DNA of 64,000 nt, from NCBI GenBank assembly GCA_965112155.1, contig OZ218099.1; one strand, written 5' to 3'. A program made the translations under genes and the position numbers. Of the stretch, positions 12,201-27,200 are shown piece after piece. Position 1 is the stretch's first letter, and every line of letters starts with the position of its first letter. The stretch comes from Podarcis liolepis. Taxonomy: Eukaryota. The notes under the pieces were generated by a model. That model was not told the DNA's origin. It saw only the letters and a program-made list of their open reading frames with translations, and made no database searches.

Positions 12201-15200
12201 AGTTTACTAGACGAGAACTATAAGGAGTAATAAGTGTGAAAAGCAGTGAGATTTCCATGTGAACAAAGCTCATTGTGCTGAAGAAGCTGAAGATCAAATG
12301 TAGTTATTGGCATGGTATGTTTGTCTCCTTTCACAGTAAAATGATCATGTGAAATATTAGCTTGAGTATTCCCATGCAAAACGCTTAACTAGTGGTCTAT
12401 TTTTATAAGCAAATAGAACAGTGTTGGTGTTAAAAGGATTTCAGTGAGATTTCTAAGTAATGCTTTTTTGGAATTTTGCATCTTGATCTTGGCAATATGT
12501 TTCCTTCTAACCAGGGGACTATGAACACAGAACTCATGAGTACCTACAGCAGACCAATTCAGGCGTAGTTTCTGTACCAAACTGAGCAAAACTTACTCCA
12601 TTGCTGGATGTGGTTTTACTTTTGCAATGTAGCAGCCTGTTTTTACACATGGTCAAGCTGATTAACTTGCTGATTAATAGGGAAACCTGTTTGGGGCAGT
12701 TACCTGAAAATTCTGTTGATTTTAGCAATTAATTTTTTTCCTCAGAGAAACATTTTTGGTTTCATTTTCAGTCAAGGTACTTTGGCTTAACTCTGTTATG
12801 AATCTGTCACACTAGGGCTGCAGTATCTAATTAAGTCAATGGGATTATTCAGGAGTTGGCTGCAGGCTACAAGCTTTTATACTAAGACAAAATAGCTCAC
12901 ATACTTCCCTGTTCCTGGAGTTGAGGTGGCACCTGGAATCTGTTTACAGAGTTTTGGCTGTAGCATTGGGAAGCATTCTTCAGTATTCTGCTGGAAATAG
13001 ATATAAGGACATGCTTATTTTGAATTGCAATTTTATAATTGCACTAAGAATACGTAGTTCTTGAAATGTTTTATTGGCTCTCAAGACCCCAGAAACATAG
13101 TCATATGAAACATTTTACAATTTTGCGCTCTGTGTTTCGGGTGTGTGTGTGTGTTTTCCCAGAGTTGGGTGGGGATAGAGAATCAAGAAATGTTACAAAA
13201 TAACAGAATGTCATGGCAGTTGTTACATATGACAGCAGTTAGATGAGCGCTTTATACATTTGTGGCATTGTGTGAACATCTTATTGAATGTTTTCATCTT
13301 CTGTTTAGCTACTTTCCTTAATTTTTGTAAATGAGTTATTTAAGGGACTAATCAGTGTCATTGTTAATGCCAATACTTCCCCTCCCCCTCAACAACACCC
13401 AGAAGTAGAGTCACTGAGAGTTTGATTGCAGTTTGACATGTTCCTGAAGTGAAGATGTTATAGTGCAAGGCAATACCAGTGAGTTCCACATGATTTGAAA
13501 GTTAAACCCAAGAATCATTGGATTTTCACCTGTGTGTGGAAATTATACCTTGGAATATGTTAGACTGAAGCAAAACAAGCATTTCTTATGACCAGTTGAC
13601 AAGGCTGTATTCAAAGGAAGTGAAAGCAAGTGATCAGGTGTGTTAGGAAAAAAAATATTCATTTTAAAAAATGACTGGTTGTGCCAGAATGTTAATGGAG
13701 ATGCACATTCAAAAGCAGTCACATTGAAAATGATCCACTTGGATTTATTCATTTGGATGCAAGCAGCATTGACACCTAGTGCATATTTAAATGCATTCTG
13801 CATTCAGGACACCACAGATGAAAAAGCCCTCTCCTGTGTTGACATCTGCCTCATCTCTCCTAGTAGGGCCACTCTACAGAGGGCAGTGGAGTAGAAACAT
13901 ATTAACAGTCAGACACATTATTTCAGGAGTAGGGCGCCCTTAAGGTACCTGAGTTCCAAGCTGTCAGGGGCTTTAAAGATCAAAACCAGTATCTTGAACT
14001 GGGCTCAGAAATGAATCAATAGTCACTGAAGATCTTTTAAAACTGGCAGGATACATTCCCAGTGAGCCATAGTTGGCTTTTAATGATTCCAAGTACATTA
14101 GTTTTTCTGTTAGTTAAGTTGATGATACTTTAACAGTTAGTTTGAATGCCAGATTGTTATTTAATTAATTGGTAACATTTGCTTCTTATACTTCTGCCAG
14201 AAAGGCACCCAAGGAGACCATCTTTAAGGAGTCAAGCAATATAAGGGCCAAGTTAACAGAGCAATCCTATGCATTTTTGCTCAGAAATGAGTTCTCACTG
14301 TGTATAATAGAGCTTATTGCCAGGTTAGTGTGCATAGATTTGTAACCTTAAATCTTCAGTAAATATTTAAATGATACTGACAGATTGCATTTCTTGAATA
14401 TTTGTAAATGTTTCCTTAAAAAGAGGCATAACTTATTACAGTCTCCTTATTTGCAGACATGGTTTTCTTTTGTTTGGGTGTATATAGTTTTTTTACTAGT
14501 ATCATGTACACAGCACCAATCTAGTGAAACCTTGTTATGGTTTTCACTGTTACCAGAGGTACAGCTATCCTCCAGTTACATACTTCCTCCTGGTCCTGGG
14601 CTTGTAGAAATCCCTGCCATTGGGAGGTGTGTCAGGTCTGAAATCTTGAATTGTGCAGACAGGCAGTTTATGCCTTTAAGTTTAGGCGAACATTTGATCT
14701 TTAATTTGATATTTTTTCTTTCTGCTGTATTTATTGTTTTATAGAACATAGTCTGCGTATACACAGGTTGCACAAGCAAGAGGTTGCTTGCAGTGCAGCC
14801 TATCTTTCCTTCTCCCCTACACCCACCCAAAAAGCCAGGGTGTCCAGGGACTTTCCTGAATGGCACAATGTGTTCACCTGAATTTGGACAGTTTCCCATC
14901 CAACTGTAGCTCCGCCCCCCCATGACAAAGCTCATACTATTTTGGGAAGCTCCTTGGCCACCCACATTTCTTAGTGTTTTATGGTTTTATTGTACTCTGC
15001 TTTGAGAACTGCTTGTTACACACCACCATAGTTAACCTGACCCAGTGTCCTGATCACGACCCAGCATTTCATTCAGATTTCTTATGAGGAGAGGAAATTG
15101 ATGCAAGGACTGCCACCTCCCCTAAAATAAATGGGCAACCCATCCATAACACAGCTCTTTCTGTAAGTGAGCATGCAAGAAGCCCTAGGACCAGATACTG

Positions 15201-18200
15201 GTGTGGACATATTGGAATAATTGTCATTTGTATGGACAGACGCTAAATGACACCCAGCCTAGCAAGTGTGAAAATGAAGCATTCCTGAAAGGAAAAGCTA
15301 AGTAACCAGACTTGTGTGGGCTGATCTTGCTTTCTCAGAGGTGAATTAATGGTACTATCATTCTGATTGTGGATTTCCTGGCTGTAGGAGTATGGTATTG
15401 AAAATGTGTTTGCGGGCTAAGTTTTCCTGCGCTCTACTTCATATTAAGTCTTACATGTGCCAGTATCTTTCAAATGAACTTGTTTTATAAGAAATTAATA
15501 TGGTATTTTATTCATGTAAGAGTTCTTTGAATTTATTCTTTTCTAATCTTGTAAAGCTGTTATAAATATATCCCTGTTTGTAGATTCAAACCTATTCACA
15601 GTATGTTACGTACTCTCTATTCATGGGGGGGGGGGGGGAGCAAGTTTCTCCAATGGTTGAGCATCCTTGAAAGGAAGTACATCTGCCTCTTTTAGTTTAA
15701 AAAGTAAACCTGTAATTCTAAATAATCAAATTCAGGATTAAGCTGCAAGAAATATGAATGAGGACAAAATATAAGATGCATAGTGTATGAGTGCAAGGCA
15801 ATGAATGCAGAATATGAAGTGTGTGTCTATTTTGTGAAGCTTGGCCAGGTATGTAATACTGTACTTGCTGGTAAAAAATTATTATACTTGTATAAGGACC
15901 CTGTATTACTGAGAGTTTCTTTCAAGTATCAGCTTCTTAGTCATTAGCAGGAACTTCATAGCCCCAAGCTTCTTTTAATACCCAAACCAACAAAATCTCG
16001 ACCAAATAAGCATTCAAAGCTGCCCTCTGTAGGCCATACTAGAGGCTGCATAGCAGATCAGCTCCTATTAGCTGACATGAGGTTCCGCAAATAAATGTAA
16101 TGATCCCTTGAGCCTTGACCTTTAAAAAGAAAATAATTAAAAGTAGCCACAAAAGGTTGTGAGGAGGAATACTTTGGTGAAAGGTGCCGGCTTAAACCTT
16201 TTCCTTCAACACTCCCTCTGCTATTTTTCTCTGGGGTGTGGGGTGGGGGACAGAACTCTTCCACTCAAGTTCACAACTTCCTACAGCTGCTTTTCATTAC
16301 AAAACTATCATGAGATTGTTAGATGTATCTGCCATGTAATTTCTTGTTTGGTCTCAATTCCATTTTGTAACATTGTATTGTGATTTGGCTAGATGTCATG
16401 GCTGTGATTTCGATGTTTCCAGAAATCTCTTAGGATCAAGAATTCCATTTTAAGTTCTTGAAATAATTCCATACAAGGGTCATTATCTTTTTTTACTTGT
16501 GTTTCTTGATCAGTAGTGAAATGAACTCTGGTGACTTGGTAATCAGATTTAATGCCTCCTTGAAGTTAGGACAGGAATTTAATTTAGTGCCACATTACAT
16601 TTACATTGTCACAATACTTATAAGATTGTTGCAATTATTAATGTACATCAGTTACAGGGCTTATAATTAATTTTGCAGCAATAACAGATCACCAGTAAAG
16701 TGGATGAATGCTGCACACAGTATAATGATAATTTAACTTAAGACGATGCTTAAATATATGATGATCTGTAGGAGAATTTTCATGTCAAGCAAATAAATAC
16801 CTGTTGGTCAATATCTTCTCCTTTGGGTTGATTCCTTTGACAAGGATGTCCTTAGGGACACAGGCAGAGTTCCATTTCTTGCAATGAAGTTATTACCCAG
16901 CACTGATTCTATTTTAGAAGTGTTGGAGTACTGAAAGGCAGAAAAAATCTCTGGGGTGGGGGGCTGTATCAGGTCCTGTATCAATCTAGCAACTGACGTT
17001 CTTCCCAGCATAAGTATGCATCAGGGCAACCAAGGCTGCTTCTGTGTAAAAACAAAAACAAAAAAACTTAACAGGTATGAAGCTAGTTTAGAAATGAATC
17101 CAACCAGGCTCTTCCAAAATTAACTGCCACCACTCATTTGGACATCATGCCTGGGCAGGGAATGTTATCATTAACTACATTCTTTGGATATATGAAGATG
17201 CTTCACTTGTCTTATTTCACAAAACATTTGAAAAAGCATGTTAAACATCTTGGTCAGAGAGTTTAAAACCCCCCTGATATTTTACCTTCCCATGCTATTT
17301 TGCCCTTTTACAATCTTTAGTTGTGTTAAGTGGGAGAGCTGTTAACATACCCAGGCAACCCCTCATTTCTGCATGTTTAATATGTGTTCAACTGTGTTTG
17401 GCATCGCACCAAACCTGGAAGTGACCTGGAAACATCATAAAGATGTAACTGAAACATCACTATAAGGGCGGGGTGGAGATGGAATAGGGGCAGAGTGGGG
17501 CGGGGTAGGGTGTTTGCAGGCCTTTTGAATGGGTTTCAGTAATACACTGCCTGTATATGTTTTATTCTTGTAGATGTTTTTGTTTTTACGTGGCAAAGAT
17601 ACATTCTTAACAGATAACGTGATACAGTAAATATTTCTAGAGCCTACCAGTGCTGTGTTTACAATTAATTGGTATCAAGTAAATCACTTCAAATTTAATC
17701 TCTTTGAAATCATACTAATAGTATGGTAAGAGCTGAATAAAAATGAGAGGCTTAAAATTGTGGGCAAGACTTACCTGAATGATCTTTTCGTACTAATTAG
17801 TTGATATTTATTTAGGTGCTAAAAATTATTTCAAGGCATGCCAGAACTGTCATCTTGACAGATGTACATTTATTGAAACACTTTCCTTTTCATCTATTTG
17901 CCACACCCCTTCATTCCCAATTTCATTTGTTTCCACAAAATTTGTGTTGTCTTGAGCAGCTTAAATGGTGGTTGATCTTTGCAAGGCTTGCAAAATTATG
18001 TCTTGCTGGTGGAAGGGAGATAATGAAATGGTAATCAGTGTTGTATTCAGAAAAGAGACATATTGGCCTTTTTATGCCAGGAGGTGTCTTGAGAATTTAG
18101 AATTCAGCTATTTATTAGATGGTGCCAACCAATTTACTTTGGATTGCTGATACAGAAAATTCAAAAATTTAGTTGGATGTTATAGTGTAGGGGAATCTTA

Positions 18201-21200
18201 AGATAGAAGCATGTGTAAATTCTCATGAAGTGATGTTTTAAAGGGGGGCTGTAGTTCAGCAGTGGTTTGCATGCAAAAGCTGCTAGGTTCAACATTAGGA
18301 AGCCACCTTATACTGTTACAGACCATAATTCTATCTAGTTCAGTGTTGCCTACACAGACTCAGAGATTCTTCAAGGTTTCAGATACAGTGGTACCTTGTG
18401 TTACAGACGCTTCAGGTTACAGACTCCGCTAACCCAGAAATAGTGCCTCAGATTAAGAACTTTGCTTCAGGATGAGAACAGAAATCGTGCAGTGGTGGTG
18501 CAGTGGCAGTGGGAGGCCCCATTAGCTAAAGTGGTACCTCAGGTTAAGAACAGTTTCAGGTTAAGAACGGACCTCCAGAACAAATTAATTTCTTAACCCG
18601 AGGTACCACTGTAGAAGCCTGGATACTCCAGAAATTGGAGAAGAGCTATGACACTGTGATGCAGGGCATGTTTTCAGTGTAGGAGTTCCCAGCTTCAATC
18701 ACCAGCATCTATAGTATGGGAAAGTGGAGGATGAGAGGGAGCACTTGGAAAGCCCCCTGTTTAAAATCCCAGTGAATGTGAATGAGTCTTCTTCAACCTC
18801 ATCTCTTCCCATTGCTGAGCTACAACTTCCATCATCCCTGATCATTGCTGTGCTGCTGGTAGTTGGTCCAACAACTGCCAAGGACACCAGATTGGAGGAG
18901 ACTGTAAAGGATGCTGAGCTAGATGAATGTATTTTTTGACTCTGTATAAGGTAGTTTTCTATTGCTGCTGGTTATGAGTCTCATGCTCACACAAATGAAC
19001 AAACAACTTGTTTCATATTTGATGCAGGAATGCCTTATTAAAGAAGAAAGAAAGTAAGCTGTGGTGCTTAGCCTAAAAATCTATAGTCTCTTGCTTATAC
19101 CAAAGATTTTTAGGTATCTGGTGGAAAGAGGATTTGGGAGAACAATTAGCTTTCTGAAATGTAATGCTTTCTGTCTACCAGCCTGACTTTCTTAGCAGCT
19201 GTATCCAGGCATATCCAGGCATTCCAAAATTCCATTTTGCAACATCTAGCATGCTTTGGTAAGCATTGTGGGTCCCATCTGCTTCCATTGTCTATCAGTT
19301 ACTGTTCATTCTAGATATCTCACCATGAGGTTTTAGCAGATCCTATTTGCTACTCCACGCATACGGTATGGTTTATTGTCTTAGCTAGCTAGTAATCTTT
19401 GACATTTGGGCAGTTGATTCTGCTTTACAGAGCAGGTGAAAGTTTTTGATAAAATTAAATTTGGCCAAGGTGTTGATTCTTAAGCATCAGCAGCTACAAG
19501 CCAAACTTTGGAAGAGTTGGCCAGCACTGGCATTTCCACTTAACTGAGACACTGGATCATCAAATATGCACAAGCAGATGGTTAGCCTCATGTTAATTAC
19601 AGAACACATTTGAGCCAAATTCAGACAGATATTCGTGGTGATTTGCATACTGCAGACTTAAGATTCCTTTTTCCAATGGAAAAGCCCTTGAATGAATGAC
19701 TTATGCAGCCTACTGGGTATTTCTGATAAGGCCATCAGTTCAGAACCAATTAACACTTGGAATAACTTTCTATCACAGGGTTCTAGGCAGCATTTTATAT
19801 TTTATTGAGATAAGCAGAGGAGTACAACATGTGACTTTGCAATTGCTGTAGGTAGGTATGTGTAATGTAAATTAACAATTGGTTCTGTTAAACTTATTTC
19901 TCTGGACAAAAGTATCGTATACAAAAAAGCACATTTATTAAACTCTACTTTCAGCTGCCCTTATTTATGATCCTGCAAATGTTCCCTATATAAGCAATCT
20001 TACCTATAGGTGAGTGTTCTTGGAGCAGTCTGTGCTATCAAAGGAAGCTGTGGCCTGGAGGTTCTTACTTTTTATCTCTCCAAATGCCTAAATCAGTTGT
20101 TCCAAATTGCCGATTTACTTAAAGGATGAGTCCTGGGCTATGTGTCCTGCTCTCATTTGACTAGAGAGAGGCTGTTTGGATGACCTTAATTTTCTGAGGG
20201 TCCATTGTGGGTTATGTTCCTGATTTTCAAAGCTGGAGAAACAGTTATTGAACTGAGGCAACAGAGAGTTTTTGTAGCCTGTGAGTGACTAATTTAGCAA
20301 CTAAGGGAAAATAAAAGAATACAAAAATGTGGTCCTGTTCTATAAATGGAATTCTTACATACATTTAAAAATAGAGCTTCTTTGGGTTGCTTTTGAGGAA
20401 GTAGCATAATTGCAGAATAGTGTGCCTCTCCTACTTGGTTAAGTTGCTGACGTATTAATGTAGTATCAGAAAGAAGTTGTATAGCTGTTCAGGAAAAAGG
20501 TCCTGCCATGATTAAGACAATATGCAGTGCTTTAAAACCATATGAACCCGAGAGGAATTGCTGCTGGTTGGCTTGTACCTGCCACTTCTACTTGCTTGAC
20601 GCATTGAGTAAATATATGTTGAAATTGGGCTAGCTAGTTAAATTTGAGGTTATCCACAGTAAAACCTAGGAACTGATTACGTTCTCTGAAGTGAAAATAT
20701 TAGGATGTATGTTGGGGTAGAAACAATGTACTTATTTCCTTCCGATCCTGACTCTGTGTGATCCTGATTGTATTTTTGTGATAACAGGGGCATGGTCTGA
20801 GATATTAAGAAGACAGATCTCCAAGTTGTGGACCTAAGACTTTCTGTGATTAAGAAATAATCCATTCTGGAGTATTTTTTTTACTTTGCATGCTCTCACT
20901 CAATCCAAGACTCATTATGTGAACAGCCCTCTCTCCTGCAAGGAAGCCTTTGGGACACATGTCTGATAACTACTTAGTATGTGGCTTAACTACTTGGGTT
21001 GTGGAAGGAAACTCTATTTTTGAGCCTGTGCTCATGTAGTAAATTGGATATGTCGGCATTCTTTACACATGATGGTGTATATTTGTACAATATTTGTGTA
21101 CTCCTTTTCTGCTGTAATATTTCTCAAAGCAGTTCCCAATAATAGAACTGGATTTATAGACAAGTCATACTGCCTTGGCAATTCCGAATTGCAGGTGCTG

Positions 21201-24200
21201 TCAATGGGATCATGTGATTCTTTGTTCTGCCCCTCTCAAAGGTGGTGGTGACGACAAAGAGAGGTCCTAGTAGCAGATGTTTTTCAGAGTCCTAGACTGA
21301 TACGTTTTGAGAGAGGAGACCACACACATGTGCATGCCTTGTAGTGTTCACCTCACCGTTCATTGTATTTAGTGGAGTATCTAGAATTCTGAAGTTGTGT
21401 GGCAGACCCTTTTTTTAAAAAAAGTATTTTTATTAAAGATTTCTTGGTTTACAAAAGTATGTGCAATGTCTCTTTTTTCAAGTTACATTTTCTTGATCAG
21501 TTTCATTTGTTGAGACATTAGTGTTACATTAGGAAGAAAAGGGGGAAAGAGGTGGAGGGGGAATGGTGAGTGGGGGTGGGGTCGGGTGGCAATGTTTCTA
21601 TTTTACTTAATGTGTGTGGGGGGTTGTGTCAGCGTCACTTGTGCTTAGATTCTCTTTGCTACTTGCTTGTGTTCCTTTAGTGGTGAGAGAGGTTGGGGTT
21701 GGCCTAGAGTGTGATTGTTTATTTGTGATTGGCTGTGGTGAACTTTGTTTTCATGTGTGAGTGGGGTGGGTGGATGTTTTGGATCAGGTTAGCCAAATTG
21801 ATTCATATGCTGTTAGTGGATTCTTGTCGTTGTCTTGTTGGGCTGTGTATGTGATAAAGGGGAGCCATACCGGGGTGAAGGCGTCATCTTCTATTTGTCC
21901 CCATATCAGTTTCAGTTTATTGGTTAATTTTTCTAGTAAGGCTGTTTCCCATGCTATTTGGTACCATTGGTCCATGCTTACTCCTGACAGGACTCTCCAG
22001 TGTCTGGTTATGATGTTTCTGGCTGCTGAGAGTAGGTGGGTTATGAGTTCTTTGTGATGTGTGGGCATTATTGTCTTGGAAGAGGCAGACCCTTTCTTCA
22101 TACCCTGCTTGAAACTTACCGTATTTTTCGCTCTATAACACGCACCCGACCATAACATGCACGTAGTTTTTAGAGGAGGAAAATCCGTAGGCATGCCACC
22201 TGTAGGCATTCCCTCCATAACACGCACAGACATTTCCCCTTACTTTCTAGGAGGAAAAAAGTGAGTGTTATGGTGCAAAAAATACGGTAACTTCAATTCT
22301 GGGCGACAATACAGGATTTATTCAAGTTTCTGAGCCCTGTTGGCTGGCTGACTGTTTTTATTAAAAAAATTGTTTGTATTATTTGAAAGAAGTTGCTAAT
22401 GAAAGAATTCTGTGTTTGCAAAAAGGCTGGCATGTAGCTCAGTATAATGTGTGGCATAGTGCGTCCTAGCAGCTGTTGCACCATAAACTTAAATATGCTT
22501 ACCCATTGAAGGCCCAGGGGTATTCTGTATGCTTTTATCGGCATAGAGTTGATACCTTTAGGGGTCATGCTAAAATAAAATTATTTATCATCAATAGTGA
22601 ATGTTTAATAATGTAATTTCTGGTACAGACCCAAACATTCAAGAAGAAATCTGCTGCCTTGTTCTCAGCAGATTTCTCCAGCTGCAGCTGAAGTACCATT
22701 GGTTCTGACAGTAATCTTTTAGTGCTAGTGCACTCCACGCTAACAGTTTTTATAGTAATAGCCAGTGCTTGAGAATCCAAAAGTAATAATTCAACTGAAA
22801 TAGTGTGAAATGAATTAGATGCTTTCAATTCTTTCATGTGAATAATTTCAGGCATTCATTCAGCAGTGAAGGAATGTCTGCTTAAGGGGTTTGAGGGTTT
22901 CTGTTTGTGTGTTTCTTTGTTTTGTAACTGACCCAGTATTTTCTTAGGAGAGTTCAAGTACATTTACCTATACAAGCACATGTATATGCACGTGCTCGCA
23001 TAAGAATTGGATAGGACTGTATCTAAAAATACTGTCATCTTCTTTAATATTTAACCAGTTTTCTAAACATGCAGGCAGCCCTTTCCCCAATAGGATAGAA
23101 AATGAAACTGAACTGATTATGGTGGCTACGTTTTTAGTGTTTTCTTCTGTAATCCAAGTTTTAAAGAAATGGCTTTGGTTACATTTATCTCAGTGCCTTA
23201 GATAAATCAGCAGCTTCTATATTTCAGTTTTTTATGGTAAGTTGTTTTGGAAGTTGAATGGAATCCGTTCCGGAAGTCCGTTCGACTTCCAAAACGTTCG
23301 GAAACCGAAACGTGGCTTCTGATTAGCCGCAGGAAGCTCCTGCAGCCAATCGGAGGTTGCAGAAGCCCTGTTGGGCGTTCGAGTTCCAAAGAACGTTTGC
23401 AAACCGGAACACTCACTTCTGGGTTTGCAGCGTTTGGGAGCCAAAACATCCAAGTACCAAGGCATTTGGGATCCAAGTTACAACTGTATAGCCGGGAAGG
23501 TGGCATACATAAAATGTGCTGTGCATCAGGGAAATAACAGAGTTCTGACAAGGGTGTTCAGACTTAAGGATTTGCTTCCTCACACAGTCATTTAGCAGGG
23601 GCAAAACTAAACTTTATTTCACCTGGGTCAAAGACCCAGTTTGGCACCCCATGCACATTTGCGTGTGTACACACACAGGTTGGGAGCCTCAATGGTGTTT
23701 CTCTGGAGGCTTCAGCTGGGGCAAAAAACCTGGCTAGACCCCCCTCCCCCGGTAGCTACAGCTCTGTCTGAAATTGGGTCCAATTAGTACACTTTCTTGT
23801 TCTCCATCAACTCCCATTTTCTCCTTGCGGCCTCTCATTTTGAGTTATAGCAGATCCATCCAATACCAGTGTGGTGTGTTCAGGTCCAATGCCATTGTGA
23901 TAACAGCAAGAGGAGTGTTAAAATTTCTATAGAAACACCAAAGCTCAAAAAGCTTGTGTTCTGCTTCCCCCGCCCCCTCTACTCACACACATTCATCTTT
24001 GGACTGAAGCCATAGTGAGTTCAGGCTGCAGGAGAGGGGCTTTTTGCTGGTGGCACCCAGGCTTTGGAACACCCTCCTGAAGTAAGTAAGACTGGTGCTA
24101 ACACAATCCTCATCCCAGGGAGACTATTGAACTCCTGAATCCCTGCGTTGAGGCTGTTTTGAACAACTGAGGGGGAACAAGATGAACCTTAATCCAGATA

Positions 24201-27200
24201 AGACAGAGGTCCTGTGGAAGGAAAAACATACACTTTTGTATGGAGGTTTGTAACTGATTCTAGAAGGGGTTGCATTTCATCTGAATGATCAAGTTCACAT
24301 TTTGTGAATACTTCTAGAATCCATGCTAAATGGGGATGATGAGATGGCAGCCGTGGCCAGTGGTGCTTTTTCCAGTTTTGGCTGGTTTATTAGCTGAAAC
24401 TCTACCTGGAGAGAATGAATGTTGTCTCAGTTATCTATGCACAAGTGAGTATCTAGGCTGGACAACTGCAATGTACATGAGGTGGCTTTTAAAAGTGGTT
24501 AAGAACTTTCATCTGGAACAAATAAAAGTTGGTTGGGGCTGGGTGGTTAAAGTGCTTTGCACCTACATTATACCAGCTGCACTGTCCCATTGTGTTTCTG
24601 AACCCAAATTAAAGTGCTGGTGGTAATCTTAAAATCCCTAATCAGTTTGGGACTGGGTTACCTACAGGACTGTGCATGGGATGGAACCTCTGAATCTACC
24701 TTGTGGGCTCTGCTCAGGCCAGTTTCTTTCTTTTTACAGATACCTGAAGGAATTCCGCACAGAGCAGTGCCCACTCTTTGTGCAGCACAAGTGTACTCAG
24801 CATAGGCCCTATACATGCTTCCACTGGCACTTTGTCAACCAGCGTCGCCGCCGGTCTATCCGCCGTCGGGATGGCACCTTTAACTACAGTCCTGACATTT
24901 ACTGCACCAAATACGATGAGACCACAGGGATCTGTCCAGAAGGAGATGAGTAAGTTACTCAAGGCTGCATCTAACTTGACCAGATGGAGGTTCCAGCCTG
25001 CACTTACAGAGAGGAGAGAATTCAACAAACCAGCTTTTTAAAAATCATGCAGAAGAACCCATGAAGAAATGTGGAAACGCTGCAGTAGAAACTTGAACAA
25101 AAAATTAATTACGATTGCACCACACCTATATATTCCCCCCCCCCCAAATGAAGGCTGTAATTCAAAGGTTTTTTTTGCTCTGGAATAATCCTAGAGAAAT
25201 TAGTGAGGTTTATTTGAAAATTAATGACCTGAGGATTGTTTCCTCATTTTATATCCTTATTTTACAAAGGATACAAATGGGAAAAAAGTGCTGGATTTGA
25301 CAACCGTGAGGACTAAAAAATTTTTTTTGTTGGGCAGCATGTTTCAGCCTTTGAGTTTCTACGAGCTCTCTTTTCCCCCCCTCCCCTGTAGGTGTCCATT
25401 CCTGCATAGAACTACTGGTGACACAGAACGTAGATATCACCTGCGCTACTACAAAACTGGAATCTGCATCCATGAGACTGACTCGAAAGGAAACTGCACC
25501 AAGAACGGTCTCCACTGTGCTTTTGCTCATGGGCCCCATGACCTCCGCTCTCCAGTTTATGATATCAGGTTAGTAGAGGATGAAGTTCCTTGTCTGCAGA
25601 AGTATGCTTGCTAAGCCAAAATGGAACAGATCAGAGTACAAAATGCTGCTGAATGTGTAGTGTTTAGCATCAGAAGTATGATGGTGTTCTGTTTTCTCTC
25701 TTCCTCCACCCCTGCCCCCCAACCCCGCACAAAAGAATATGTTATATACAGTCCTTTAAGGCCGTTTCCTGTGACTTTTTATGCATCACAAGGTGACTTG
25801 GGCAAGTATCTTGGTGCCAGGAGCCCCATTATTATGAATGGGTTTAATATAAGCCAGACTATTGCTAAGCCTCAACCATTGCCCTCACTAGACATAAGAT
25901 AGTAAGGTGGCTAGGAAGAGGTTAAATCTGCCCCCCTCCAACTATACCCCCCCCCCCGAGCATATCTCCACCACCAGATGACTGTCAAAATCACCTATCA
26001 GTTTAAAGAAAGGGATGGTATGACTTTAATTTCTTAGAACAAGATTTGTATAGAAACAAGCAGCCTAAGTGTTTGTAAGATTGGGTGAAACTGGACATTG
26101 GCAGCAAACATTGGTCTAGGAATTCTGGTTACCCCCATATATCTGTGAAGCAGAGGGAGAGGACATGATTCGCAGGGAAGATGCTATGGTATGGGAATAT
26201 GCTCTGAGAAAAAAACCTTTTTTTCTATCCACATTTCCCCATAGTCTACAACCACTTTATCTGTTTTGTCCCACAATGCAGCAGATGCATATCTGAGTCC
26301 CATGACTAGAGAGGGAGTACCAGTGGGAAAGTGGCAGCAGGGGAAGGATTAATTACCCTTCCCCTGCCTGCTGCTTCTTCCCTGCAGATCACACCCTCCC
26401 CCAGCTGATGTATAGTTGTGTGTTACTGACTGGGGTTCCCAGCCCTGAGTCTGCAACCAAGTGTCTCTTTCAGGCCTTAGAGGTAAATATCATTTCATTA
26501 AGTATATGGAGAGCATGTTTAAAGAGATGTTAACATTAGACCTAAGGTATCCTTTCCAATAGTTCTGTAAGATGAAAATACTTAAGTTTAGGAAATAGAC
26601 ATTGTATTTGTTTGTTCTATTTATGTTATGGCTATCAAAAGGGAATATGTGAAGCATGCTAGGAGTTTACTTGGGTTTGTTTTGGGAGGTGGGGAGGATT
26701 AATTATGCTATATTAACTTGCTGGAGGCACACCAGTTGAGATTCAACCAGGATCTTATTTTACCTTCTTCATGAAGCACCATGCCCCTGCGTGCAAATAA
26801 ATGTGTGTGTTGTATAGGGGATTAATAGAACAACAGTGGATAATGGGGTGCAATATGTCTTGTAGGAGTTTTCTCCAAAATAGCAGGAGGACAGAGTGCT
26901 CATACAAATCCTGAATCTCTAAAAGTGGGCTTAGCAAAAAAAGAAAGAAAGAATAAATGTATGGGAATTCCTGCATTGTGGCAACTCCTATCTGGTAGAC
27001 ACACATCTCTTTCTCTGAATCTTCTCTGCCTGCCTATTGTTCATTTAACTCTGTTCCCTAAGGGAGCTTCAGGCCATGGAAGCTTTGCAGAATGGTCAGA
27101 CTACATCAGAGGGTGGCATAGAGGGTCAGTCTGCAGTTGCCGCTAGCCATGCTATGATAGAGAAAATACTCAGTGAAGAGCCAAGGTGGCAAGGTGAGTT

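Noticed and set aside
17466-17512. G-quadruplex-like G-runs in UNK intron 1
   Set aside because: Such runs are common in this window and nothing singles this one out.
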